DNA of 37,732 nt from an uncultured bacterium (GTDB taxonomy: Bacteria > Omnitrophota > Omnitrophia > Omnitrophales > Aquincolibacteriaceae): contig CAZPCF010000001.1 of assembly GCA_964585045.1 (NCBI GenBank), forward strand, positions 1 through 37,732, written 5' to 3'. How positions within the stretch are numbered: the stretch's first letter is position 1; each line of letters opens with the position of its first letter. The translations under genes were made by a program, and so were the position numbers. This document shows positions 1-7,871 of this stretch, in pieces. Under the pieces are notes generated by a model. That model worked only from the letters and a program-made list of their open reading frames with translations. It was not told the origin of the DNA and searched no databases.

Positions 1-7
1 CTTTATT

Positions 8-1105
8 GTGGTGGTTATAAACCTGATGACGGGGTTGTGTGCCGGAAAGACATGCGTTCCTAACAATACCCAAAATCAGATTTTTACGATCGGAGATAAG
101 AAGTTTTTCGTGGTTTATCTGGCGGTGATAGCGGTCATTTTTTTTATTTTTAGGGAAAAAATATTTTACTATGGATTCTTTGATGAAAACGAGGGATTAA
201 GGCAGTTCTGGACCGCGCATAGCGTAAGATATCAGATACTTCCTACCTTTTATAATGAAAAGTATACCCTGCTTGCCGGATTCCCGTGGGCTCCTTCGAT
301 TTATCTTAATATGTTCGCCATGACCCTGTTTGGAGACAATGGTCTTTCGGTCAGGATAGAGATCTTGGTCGCCTTTATATGCATAGGTCTTATCCTGCGG
401 AAATTGGTCGTTTTCCTCCGGGGCAGGGATAAGGTATCTTTGCTCGAATACATGCCGCTTCTTCTGTTCATGGCCATCTATTTTTTGATCATTGCATATA
501 GGGGGGGGTATGATCCACCAACCGAACTTGCAAAGAGCATTGAGACGCCCATGATGGCTTTGTTTTTGGCAGGATTTTATCTTCTGCTCGGAAAGAATAT
601 CTCTGATATCATGCCAGCGCTTTTATTTTTCTTGGCTTCTTCCATACGACCGCATTTAATTCCAGTCGTGCTTTTTCCATTAATTCTTTTACAGCGCAAG
701 AGAGCGCTTTTTTGGTTCCTATTTTTCTGGTTGGCTTTGTTGAGTTTATTTTTGATAGCAATATCTCACGACCATAGCCTTTTATGCATGGTCTCTACTG
801 TTCAAAGGGCTTTTGTTGAAAACCTTTATGATCAGCCCATAAGTATTGGATTTTTTCTAAGCATTTTGAATCATTATTTTGTCCTCACTTCGGGTCTGAG
901 CATATTTTTTATATTTACTTGGCGCAATCGTTATGGACGCATGCTATTGCTGACTTCTGTTGTCTTTCTTTTAATGCCCCTAAAGGCGAACTATATACCG
1001 GCCCATTTTTTTGTTCCGATCATATTTTTCCCACTACTTAACTACTATCTATGGACGGGCGATAGAGAAAAAGGAGAAGCGGCTTCGATATGCGAAGGCA
1101 TGTAA
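8..1105 (+). CDS. Polytopic integral membrane protein, possibly a GT-C-type (ArnT/PMT-like) glycosyltransferase. The 5' end is uncertain: the frame is open to the window edge, with candidate starts at GTG 8 and ATG 26.
   Basis: 365-codon ORF with roughly ten hydrophobic helices by eye (FFVVYLAVIAVIFFIF, LVAFICIGLILRKLVVF, LLLFMAIYFLIIAY, LFWFLFFWLALLSLFLIAI and others). An acidic FFDENEG loop directly after the first helix resembles the DE motif of GT-C enzymes. The stop overlaps the next gene start by 16 nt, which suggests operon coupling. Confidence 0.6.
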   Translation: MVVINLMTGLCAGKTCVPNNTQNQIFTIGDKKFFVVYLAVIAVIFFIFREKIFYYGFFDENEGLRQFWTAHSVRYQILPTFYNEKYTLLAGFPWAPSIYLNMFAMTLFGDNGLSVRIEILVAFICIGLILRKLVVFLRGRDKVSLLEYMPLLLFMAIYFLIIAYRGGYDPPTELAKSIETPMMALFLAGFYLLLGKNISDIMPALLFFLASSIRPHLIPVVLFPLILLQRKRALFWFLFFWLALLSLFLIAISHDHSLLCMVSTVQRAFVENLYDQPISIGFFLSILNHYFVLTSGLSIFFIFTWRNRYGRMLLLTSVVFLLMPLKANYIPAHFFVPIIFFPLLNYYLWTGDREKGEAASICEGM

Positions 1106-2547
1106 GATCTATCTTGATGATTGTTGTTTTGGGTGCAAGCGCTCTGCTCCTTTTTGTTTTTATGAGGATCGTTAAAGATAGAGCGGGGACTCGATATCCC
1201 AATATCATTATTATTACGATAGATGCCCTTCGACCCGATCATCTTAGTTGCTATGGATATCAACGCAAAACGTCACCGCATATTGACAACCTGGCTAGCG
1301 ATGGGGTAAGGTTCACAGATGCCGTTAGCGCAGCAGGCTGGACGGGCGAAGCCACTCCATCCCTCCTTACAGGCACCTATCCTCCATTTCATCAGGTCCG
1401 CACATGGAATAATGTAAGGAATCCCTTGGCTAAGACCTTAGCTCAAAGGTTAAGACCATTAGGCTATGACTGTAGTTTCTTCTCTGATAATGTCAGTTTG
1501 GGGCCTGTTGATACAAAGACCGGTTTTCAACGGGTACACATATACGCCGACACAAAAGACCACGAGGTTACTCGCAGGATCATAAATGATTTACTGACAG
1601 CAGAAAAGAAGAACCCGTTTCTTATCTATGTCCATTATATGGCAACGCATGCTCCCTACAGACCTCCGGCTCCGTATAATACAATGTACCTATACGACAA
1701 ATATAGAAAAAAACCAAACCATAGGCCTATTTCTAAGCGCACCGGATCAGACGATGAATATAAGGGCATTGGTTGTATCCCATCGTTGAACGCAGAAAAC
1801 GGTATTACGGACACGGAGTACTATATTGCACAGTATGATGGCGCCATCTCCTATGCCGACGCCCAGGTAGGGGAATGGGTCTCGTCCCTAAAGAGCCTTC
1901 ATCTTTATGATAATACATTTATAATCGTCACAGCAGACCATGGGGAGATGTTGGGTGAGCACAACGTTTATTTTACTCACAGCGATGATTATGAGGGAGG
2001 GTACAAAGAGAACATCAATGTTCCTCTGATCGTAAAATTCCCCAGCGGATATATGAAAGGCCGTGTATTCAAAAAGCTTGTGAGCAGTATCGATATCGTC
2101 CCCACGATCATGGCAACATTAGGATTGCAGACGGATGCTTACGTGCAGGGCGAGAACCTCCTGCCCTTTATTAAAAACCCCAAAGACTTTAGCAGGGAAT
2201 ATGTTTTAAGTTTCTATGAAGAAGATGCCATGTGGGTGGTTTTAACAAGTAAAAAGTGGAAAATCGTGCGTAACAACCAGTTTCATTCATGGCAGCTTTA
2301 TGATCTGGAAGCAGACCCGCATGAAGAAGTTAATGCTAAAGATCTTTATCCGGATGTTTTTAATTCCTTAAAAGCTAAACTCGAGGACATTCTTAAAGGC
2401 GTTACTTTTGCAAATGTGCCTGTAAAAGGCGATGATTTAACACAAGAGCAGAAGGAACGGCTGAGAAGCCTTGGCTATCTTCCAACCATCGATAATTCCT
2501 ATTTAGAAAAGAGTCGCCCTGGCAAGCAGCGTAGTAATGATTCTTAG
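1090..2547 (+). CDS. Membrane-anchored sulfatase-family (alkaline phosphatase superfamily) hydrolase or transferase with Thr at the nucleophile position
   Basis: N-terminal helix SILMIVVLGASALLLFVFMRIV. Sulfatase-family motifs IIIITIDALRPDHLSCYGY, ADHGEMLGEH and NVPLIVKFP are present. The active-site stretch reads GWTGEATPSLLTG instead of C/S-x-P-x-R-xxx-LTG. Confidence 0.85.
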   Translation: MRRHVRSILMIVVLGASALLLFVFMRIVKDRAGTRYPNIIIITIDALRPDHLSCYGYQRKTSPHIDNLASDGVRFTDAVSAAGWTGEATPSLLTGTYPPFHQVRTWNNVRNPLAKTLAQRLRPLGYDCSFFSDNVSLGPVDTKTGFQRVHIYADTKDHEVTRRIINDLLTAEKKNPFLIYVHYMATHAPYRPPAPYNTMYLYDKYRKKPNHRPISKRTGSDDEYKGIGCIPSLNAENGITDTEYYIAQYDGAISYADAQVGEWVSSLKSLHLYDNTFIIVTADHGEMLGEHNVYFTHSDDYEGGYKENINVPLIVKFPSGYMKGRVFKKLVSSIDIVPTIMATLGLQTDAYVQGENLLPFIKNPKDFSREYVLSFYEEDAMWVVLTSKKWKIVRNNQFHSWQLYDLEADPHEEVNAKDLYPDVFNSLKAKLEDILKGVTFANVPVKGDDLTQEQKERLRSLGYLPTIDNSYLEKSRPGKQRSNDS

Positions 2548-2558
2548 GGGAATTCATA

Positions 2559-3767
2559 ATGAGCAATAATGTCTTGTTGGTGTCAGCGAAATCGAACTGC
2601 AAATCCAATATAATCCTTAGTTCGCGACTTGTTAAATATTTTACAAGAAATGGATATAACGTTATAGATGAGGTGCATGAGGCTGACATCATCGTTGTCA
2701 ATACCTGCGGTTTTCACAGGGAAACGATAGATATTTCTAAAAACATTTTTCATAAGATACTTAAAAACCGTAAAGAGGCATCAAAGGTGGTGTCGGTTGG
2801 ATGTCTTAATAAAATAAACAGGCTGGAATTGGAAAGTCTTTCCAAACACCTCACCGTTATCGATGATCTTTCAGATTTCGACTCACTGATTAATGCCAAC
2901 AAGCCCTTCGATGCTTTTAACACGGCATATTTCGATAATAGCATATTCAGTTATATCCACGGAAAGCCTCCAAAATATAAAAGATTGGTCAGCGCTATAT
3001 ATTTTAAGACGGCACGATTTTTGGAAAAATTCAAAAAGAATAGCCCCGCCTTTCGCGGTCGCCTAGAAAAAATAAAACAGGAGGATAGATTTGAAAACAA
3101 GTTTTATGTAGAGATCGGGAAAGGCTGCGTAAGTAATTGCAGCTATTGCTCGATAAAAAAAGCTAGAGGCAATCCGTCATCTAGATCAATTTCCGAGATC
3201 GTGGCTGATATCAAAGAGGGTTATAAAGAAGGCATGGGGTTGTTTTTAGTCGCTGATGATTGCGGCAGCTATGGTTTTGACAGCGGCAAAACTATTTTTG
3301 AGCTTATAGAGACCATTGATCTGGAATTCCCGGGCATTCCTATTGATCTCTGCTATGTGAATCCGCTTTGGCTTGAGAGGTGTCCGGATCAATATCTGGA
3401 TATGTTCAAAAGATTTAAAATTAATAGTTTAAATGTGTCTTTGCAGTCAGGGTCGGATAAAATTATCCATCTCATGAACCGTAAGTATTATGTAAACAAC
3501 GTATTAGACATCATAAGTAAGCTCCAAATCATCTCGCCCGCTACGATCTTCTGGTCTCATTTTATCATCGGCCATCCTTCTGAGACGTGGAGGGATTTTT
3601 TTTTAACAGTAAAATCTACTCGGGTTTTCCATTTCTTTCACTTCTTTCCGTATTCCGCACCTGGGGAAGCGGAAAACGGTAAAAAGGCATGGTCGTATTT
3701 TTTAAAGAACAATTTAAAAACAGTAATCATGTTGTTGACGGCTTACAGAAAGTTGCTGAAGTCATAG
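2559..3767 (+). CDS. Radical SAM enzyme of the methylthiotransferase (MiaB/RimO-like) family, with no obvious TRAM domain
   Basis: The N-terminal MTTase-type domain has three spaced Cys (SNCKSN, VNTCGF, SVGCL). The radical SAM motif is CVSNCSYC (CxxxCxxC). At 402 aa it ends before a TRAM-like segment would be expected. Confidence 0.8.
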   Translation: MSNNVLLVSAKSNCKSNIILSSRLVKYFTRNGYNVIDEVHEADIIVVNTCGFHRETIDISKNIFHKILKNRKEASKVVSVGCLNKINRLELESLSKHLTVIDDLSDFDSLINANKPFDAFNTAYFDNSIFSYIHGKPPKYKRLVSAIYFKTARFLEKFKKNSPAFRGRLEKIKQEDRFENKFYVEIGKGCVSNCSYCSIKKARGNPSSRSISEIVADIKEGYKEGMGLFLVADDCGSYGFDSGKTIFELIETIDLEFPGIPIDLCYVNPLWLERCPDQYLDMFKRFKINSLNVSLQSGSDKIIHLMNRKYYVNNVLDIISKLQIISPATIFWSHFIIGHPSETWRDFFLTVKSTRVFHFFHFFPYSAPGEAENGKKAWSYFLKNNLKTVIMLLTAYRKLLKS

Positions 3768-3863
3768 CGTTTGATTTGATATGCCTGATAATCGGTTTGT
3801 GCCCAACGATCGTAGGCGGGCTTTCGGGGTCACGGCTATATTTTTTGATGAAAGTAAAAAAGC

Positions 3864-4307
3864 ATGAGAAAAAAAGCTGTTGTTTATATAGCGATTTTTT
3901 TTGAGGTTCTTTGTATCGTTCACCTATTTCCACGAAAAGGTGTGCCGGAGCAGGACTTGATAGGAGGAGAGCTCTCGAAGATCTGTCTGAATGCCCCTGA
4001 TCTTTTTCAGGCTTATGTGAGAGCTGATTATTTGATCGAGAAGTATGATTTTTATTCAGCCGTACTTAATGTAATGTTCTATGCTGACATTAAGTCTAAG
4101 GAAAATAAAGAGTATATTGTTTATTTTGAGCCGCTGCCTGAGCAGCGGGAAAGTTTTACGCTTCTTAACCCAGAGGGCGGGATCAAGATATACGTGAAAG
4201 ATCTGTCTGCCTTTGTAAGATACAGAAAGACCGTAAATGATCTTGAAGAAATCTATGATGATGCAGACTCGTGTTACGACATCGGGCGCAGTGGTTATCG
4301 TCCTTAA
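3864..4307 (+). CDS. Hypothetical protein with an N-terminal hydrophobic anchor or signal
   Basis: 147-codon ORF starting at ATG. The N-terminus MRKKAVVYIAIFFEVLCIVHLF is hydrophobic. It is co-directional and lies between two radical SAM genes. I recognise no family. Confidence 0.45.
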   Translation: MRKKAVVYIAIFFEVLCIVHLFPRKGVPEQDLIGGELSKICLNAPDLFQAYVRADYLIEKYDFYSAVLNVMFYADIKSKENKEYIVYFEPLPEQRESFTLLNPEGGIKIYVKDLSAFVRYRKTVNDLEEIYDDADSCYDIGRSGYRP

Positions 4308-4319
4308 ACCAAGTGTTAT

Positions 4320-5384
4320 TTGACTTCCATGTATAAAAAAATCAATCTTTTTAAAAATATCGTTATTTCAAATTTTCGCAGGCCCTCATTACCTTACAAA
4401 GCCACATTTGCGTTGACCTATGGGTGCAATTCAAGGTGCCGGATCTGTAACATTTGGAAAAAACCTCCTCAGAAAGAGCTTGGAATCAATGAAATTGATC
4501 GCATATTCAAGGGTTTTACGAGCCTCAGTTGGATCGATCTGACCGGGGGTGAGGTGACGCTCAGGGAAGATATTGTCGATGTCGTCAAGGTGATCGCACG
4601 GGGCGCAAAAAATCTTGTCATCATGCATATCTCAACGAACGGTCAATTGCCGGATACGGCTTTCTCTTTGGCACAGGAAGTATTAAGAGCCCGCCTGACT
4701 CCGGTAGTTAATGTGAGCCTCGATGGTCCGCAGGAGCTCAATGACCGCTTGCGCGGTGTTCCCGGAAGTTTTCTGAGGAGTCTCGAAGCGTTTAAAAAGT
4801 TAAAAGAGCTTCGCGCCGGATATTATTATTTGAGTTGCACGATCTCGAAATACAATATCAAACATATCGATGAATTGCTCTTGGAGTTGAAGAAGGCGAT
4901 CCCTAGGTTCTCTCTTTCTGATATTCATTTTAATTTATTTCATGCATCCTCCCATTATTATAACAATCAGGAAGTTGACGGTGCCTCTGGCCTGGACCCC
5001 GCAGAAGTTAAAAAATATCTGTCCCTTTCCAAACGGGGAAATCCCTTCAAGATGTTTTTGGAGAATGAATACATAAAAGGAGTTTCAAGATTTCTGAGTA
5101 AGGACAGGGTCTTGGCCGGATGCCAGGCGCTGAATGCGACCTGTTTCATTGATCCTTCCGGCAAGGTCTATCCCTGCAGTATTCACGACTTGCCGTTAGG
5201 GAATCTGGCCGATTACGACTACGATATTCAAAAATTGTGGGACGATGCGGGCAGTCTTCAAGCCAGGGACGAAATTAAAAAAGGGAAGTGCCCCGGCTGC
5301 TGGAGCCCCTGTGAAGCCTATCCCGCGATATTCGGCCGTATGCTCGGAAATTTTTTTTCACAAAGCAAGAACCGGGAAATCTAA
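4320..5384 (+). CDS. Radical SAM / SPASM-domain protein. The start may be ATG 4329 rather than TTG 4320.
   Basis: The radical SAM motif is YGCNSRCRICNIW (CxxxCxxC). The C-terminal Cys-rich auxiliary-cluster region is CQALNATCFIDPSGKVYPC...GKCPGCWSPCEA, which is SPASM/twitch-like. Confidence 0.85.
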   Translation: MTSMYKKINLFKNIVISNFRRPSLPYKATFALTYGCNSRCRICNIWKKPPQKELGINEIDRIFKGFTSLSWIDLTGGEVTLREDIVDVVKVIARGAKNLVIMHISTNGQLPDTAFSLAQEVLRARLTPVVNVSLDGPQELNDRLRGVPGSFLRSLEAFKKLKELRAGYYYLSCTISKYNIKHIDELLLELKKAIPRFSLSDIHFNLFHASSHYYNNQEVDGASGLDPAEVKKYLSLSKRGNPFKMFLENEYIKGVSRFLSKDRVLAGCQALNATCFIDPSGKVYPCSIHDLPLGNLADYDYDIQKLWDDAGSLQARDEIKKGKCPGCWSPCEAYPAIFGRMLGNFFSQSKNREI

Positions 5385-5400
5385 CGTTGGAATTATCCGT

Positions 5401-6126
5401 ATGATATTAGCGAAAGATCAAACCGCGAACTTATCATCACCGATACTGAGCTTGGTGATTATGGCAAAAAATGAAGAGCAAAATATCACATCGGTCCTGT
5501 CGGAAATTTCAGAAGTTGTCCATGGCCATCTCCGAGAGCCCCACGAATTGTTTCTTGTGGACGGATATTCAGAGGATAATACCGTGAAGATCGCGGAACG
5601 GTTTGGGATAAGAACCATTCGTGTTCGTGGAGGGAAAGGCGCCGGCATCAGAAAAGCGCTGGAAGTGTCACGGGGAAAGTATATTTTGTTCATAGATGCG
5701 GACAAATCTCATGTTGCCATGGACATTCCCCGTTTGATGGCATCGATCCAGGAGCAAGACTGCGATATGGTGATAGCTTCAAGAGTCTTGGGGGGCAGTG
5801 AAGAGCTGGGAACAAGGAACTGGGACAATCTTTTGAGATTGTCAGGAAATCGCCTGGGCACCTTGATCATTAATCGAAGATGGGGTGTGAAATTAACAGA
5901 TGTTCAGAATGGTTTTCGGGTTATTAGGCGGAATACGGCCCTAGCGCTTGGCCTGAAAGAGGACACCTTCGCGATCGAGCAAGAGATGGTCATGAAGTGC
6001 CTGCAGCAAAACAAGATAGTCGCGGAAGTCCCAAGCTTTGAACGCAAGAGGCTTCATGGTGAATCGAAGATCCAAAAAAGAAAAGAATTTTGGAAATATC
6101 TATGGTGTCTGTTAAAGCATTTATAA
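5401..6126 (+). CDS. Family 2 glycosyltransferase (polyprenyl-phosphate sugar synthase-like)
   Basis: GT2-type motifs are LSLVIMAKNEEQNI, LVDGYSEDNT and ILFIDADKSH (DxD). I placed the start at ATG 5401. The longer ORF-track version (5245) would overlap the end of the SPASM gene. Confidence 0.85.
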   Translation: MILAKDQTANLSSPILSLVIMAKNEEQNITSVLSEISEVVHGHLREPHELFLVDGYSEDNTVKIAERFGIRTIRVRGGKGAGIRKALEVSRGKYILFIDADKSHVAMDIPRLMASIQEQDCDMVIASRVLGGSEELGTRNWDNLLRLSGNRLGTLIINRRWGVKLTDVQNGFRVIRRNTALALGLKEDTFAIEQEMVMKCLQQNKIVAEVPSFERKRLHGESKIQKRKEFWKYLWCLLKHL

Positions 6127-6166
6127 TCATGTCCGCTTAGAGCATTTGTTTCATCTGGAGACAAGT

Positions 6167-7627
6167 ATGGCGCAAGAGATTCTGAGCAACAAACGCACCA
6201 AGATCCTATTCATCCAAAATTATTACTGGAGGAATCTGGGGATCATGTCCATATCCGCAGTCTTAAAGCAACATGGTTTTGAGACGGATATTGCAGTGGG
6301 CGACCCAGATACAATCTTAAAACAGGTCCAGGAAAAGAGGCCGCGCCTTGTGGGATTTTATGCCACGACAGGTTTTCATCACCGCCAATTAAAGCTCGCC
6401 CGAGAAATAAAGGCCCGGTTTGGAGATAAAATCACAACAGTATTCGGTGGTCCGCACCCGACATTTGTAACGGACATTTTAAAAGACGAAGGCGTTGATA
6501 TTATTTGTAGGGGGGAGGGGGAGTATGCTTTGTTGGAGCTGATGCAGGCCATGGAAGAAAATCGCGATTACACAACGATCAAAAATTTAAATGTCAAACT
6601 AGACGGAAAGATCCATAAAAACCCCCTCCGTCTCCTTTGCGATCTTGATGCTTTGCCGTTTCCGGACCGGGAGATATACCGTTCGGTGCCTTTTATCTAT
6701 TCAAGCCGGCAGCATGAAGTGATACATAGCAAGGGGTGTCCATACAATTGTGCTTTTTGTACTGCCCCTGCTTTTAGGAATATTTATAAAGATCATGGAA
6801 ACTATCTGAGATTCCGCTCAATAGAAAAAGTCATTGAGGAGCTCCTGCGGATCAAGATGCGATATGCGCCGAGGAGCTTCTACTTTTTTGATGAAACTTT
6901 CTTTCTTGACGACGAATATTCTTCAAAGTTTCTAGAAGCATATAAAGCTAAAATTAATGTACCCTATATATGCATGATGCGCGCGGATCTGGTCAATGAG
7001 AAGGTCGCAAGCATTCTCAAGGACACGGGATGCTCTTTTTTACTTTTTGGGATCGAGCACGGCAATGAAGCCCTTAGGAATAGGCTACTAGAAAAGAAGC
7101 TGAGCAATGACGCGATCTTTTCATGTGCCACGAACTTAAAAAAATATAGGATCCCGTTTGCGACTTTGAATATCGTAGGATTTCCCGGTGATAATATAAG
7201 TCATGTATGGGATGCTATACAGATTAATACTCTTGTAAGACCAAACTGGAGCAGGTTTTTTATTTATCAGGTGCTTCCTGCAACAAAATTAGCGGACTAT
7301 TCTTTAAAAAACGGTTTTGTTGAGGCTGTTGATGTCGCGTCTTCGGATGCAACCATGCTGGCTAGCGGAGCCATACTCAGGAAGTCGAGAGAATATAAAA
7401 GAACATTAAGGCTAAAGTATTTGGCAAATATTTTTATCAAATTTCCTTTCTTGCGGAGAATCGCAAGCAGTGTGTTGTTGAACATACCAGCCGACCCTTT
7501 TTTCAGGGTGCTGGAAAAAACGATAGAGTTTTTTAATTTTTTCTGGAATCAGCAACCTGGGTGCCGATCTTCTGAAAAGTTGTCTATCGCATGGTTTTAT
7601 ATAAAACACCGTGATGAATTTGAATGA
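6167..7627 (+). CDS. B12-binding-domain radical SAM protein
   Basis: The N-terminal cobalamin-binding-like domain includes ILFIQNYYWRNLGIMSISAVLKQHGF and TTVFGGPHPTF. The radical SAM motif is GCPYNCAFC. ATG 6167 is preceded by GGAG, and an alternative TTG start lies at 6146. Confidence 0.85.
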   Translation: MAQEILSNKRTKILFIQNYYWRNLGIMSISAVLKQHGFETDIAVGDPDTILKQVQEKRPRLVGFYATTGFHHRQLKLAREIKARFGDKITTVFGGPHPTFVTDILKDEGVDIICRGEGEYALLELMQAMEENRDYTTIKNLNVKLDGKIHKNPLRLLCDLDALPFPDREIYRSVPFIYSSRQHEVIHSKGCPYNCAFCTAPAFRNIYKDHGNYLRFRSIEKVIEELLRIKMRYAPRSFYFFDETFFLDDEYSSKFLEAYKAKINVPYICMMRADLVNEKVASILKDTGCSFLLFGIEHGNEALRNRLLEKKLSNDAIFSCATNLKKYRIPFATLNIVGFPGDNISHVWDAIQINTLVRPNWSRFFIYQVLPATKLADYSLKNGFVEAVDVASSDATMLASGAILRKSREYKRTLRLKYLANIFIKFPFLRRIASSVLLNIPADPFFRVLEKTIEFFNFFWNQQPGCRSSEKLSIAWFYIKHRDEFE

Positions 7628-7801
7628 TTTCTTGCTGAGAAGCATTGAGCTCTAAATCGTCAGGTGCAATGGGCCTGTCCTGGTGAGTTGTACCCGTTCT
7701 CTTAGCGCAGGTAGCCGGTCGTGGGCTTCTTCTGCCTGACGAAAGGGGTATTTCGGACCTCGTCTCATCTAAGGGAGCCGTCGTGAGGGGGGGATTTCTG
7801 T

Positions 7802-7830
7802 TTGACCGATTAGAAGAGGCATGCTATATT
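7802..7830 (+). promoter_or_regulatory. Putative sigma-70-type promoter for the BamD-like gene
   Basis: TTGACC (7802-7807), a 17-nt spacer, then TATATT (7825-7830). It lies 41 nt upstream of ATG 7872 at the end of a 244-nt ORF-free spacer. Confidence 0.4.
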
Positions 7831-7871
7831 GCATCTTCAAATTTTCCTAACCTGAAGGTTGTAAACGACTT

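Noticed and set aside
3864-4307. The small ORF between two radical SAM genes as a RiPP precursor peptide.
   Set aside because: At 147 aa, with an N-terminal membrane anchor or signal and no Cys-rich or repetitive core, it does not look like a typical rSAM-modified precursor. The idea cannot be excluded without homologue comparison.
4320-5384. The idea that the rSAM/SPASM protein is an anaerobic sulfatase-maturating enzyme for the neighbouring sulfatase.
   Set aside because: The sulfatase-family protein lacks the C/S-x-P-x-R formylglycine motif and has Thr at the aligned position. It has no substrate site for an anSME, so the pairing is probably coincidental or serves another chemistry.
5245-5400. 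An upstream extension of the GT2 ORF that overlaps the 3' end of the SPASM gene. The analogous lptE extension is at 10777-10890.
   Set aside because: The extension translations (MRAVFKPGTKLKKGSAPAAG..., MRPKRTASSSVFRTWPRG...) are out-of-frame read-through of the preceding genes. The family-typical N-termini start at ATG 5401 and ATG 10891.
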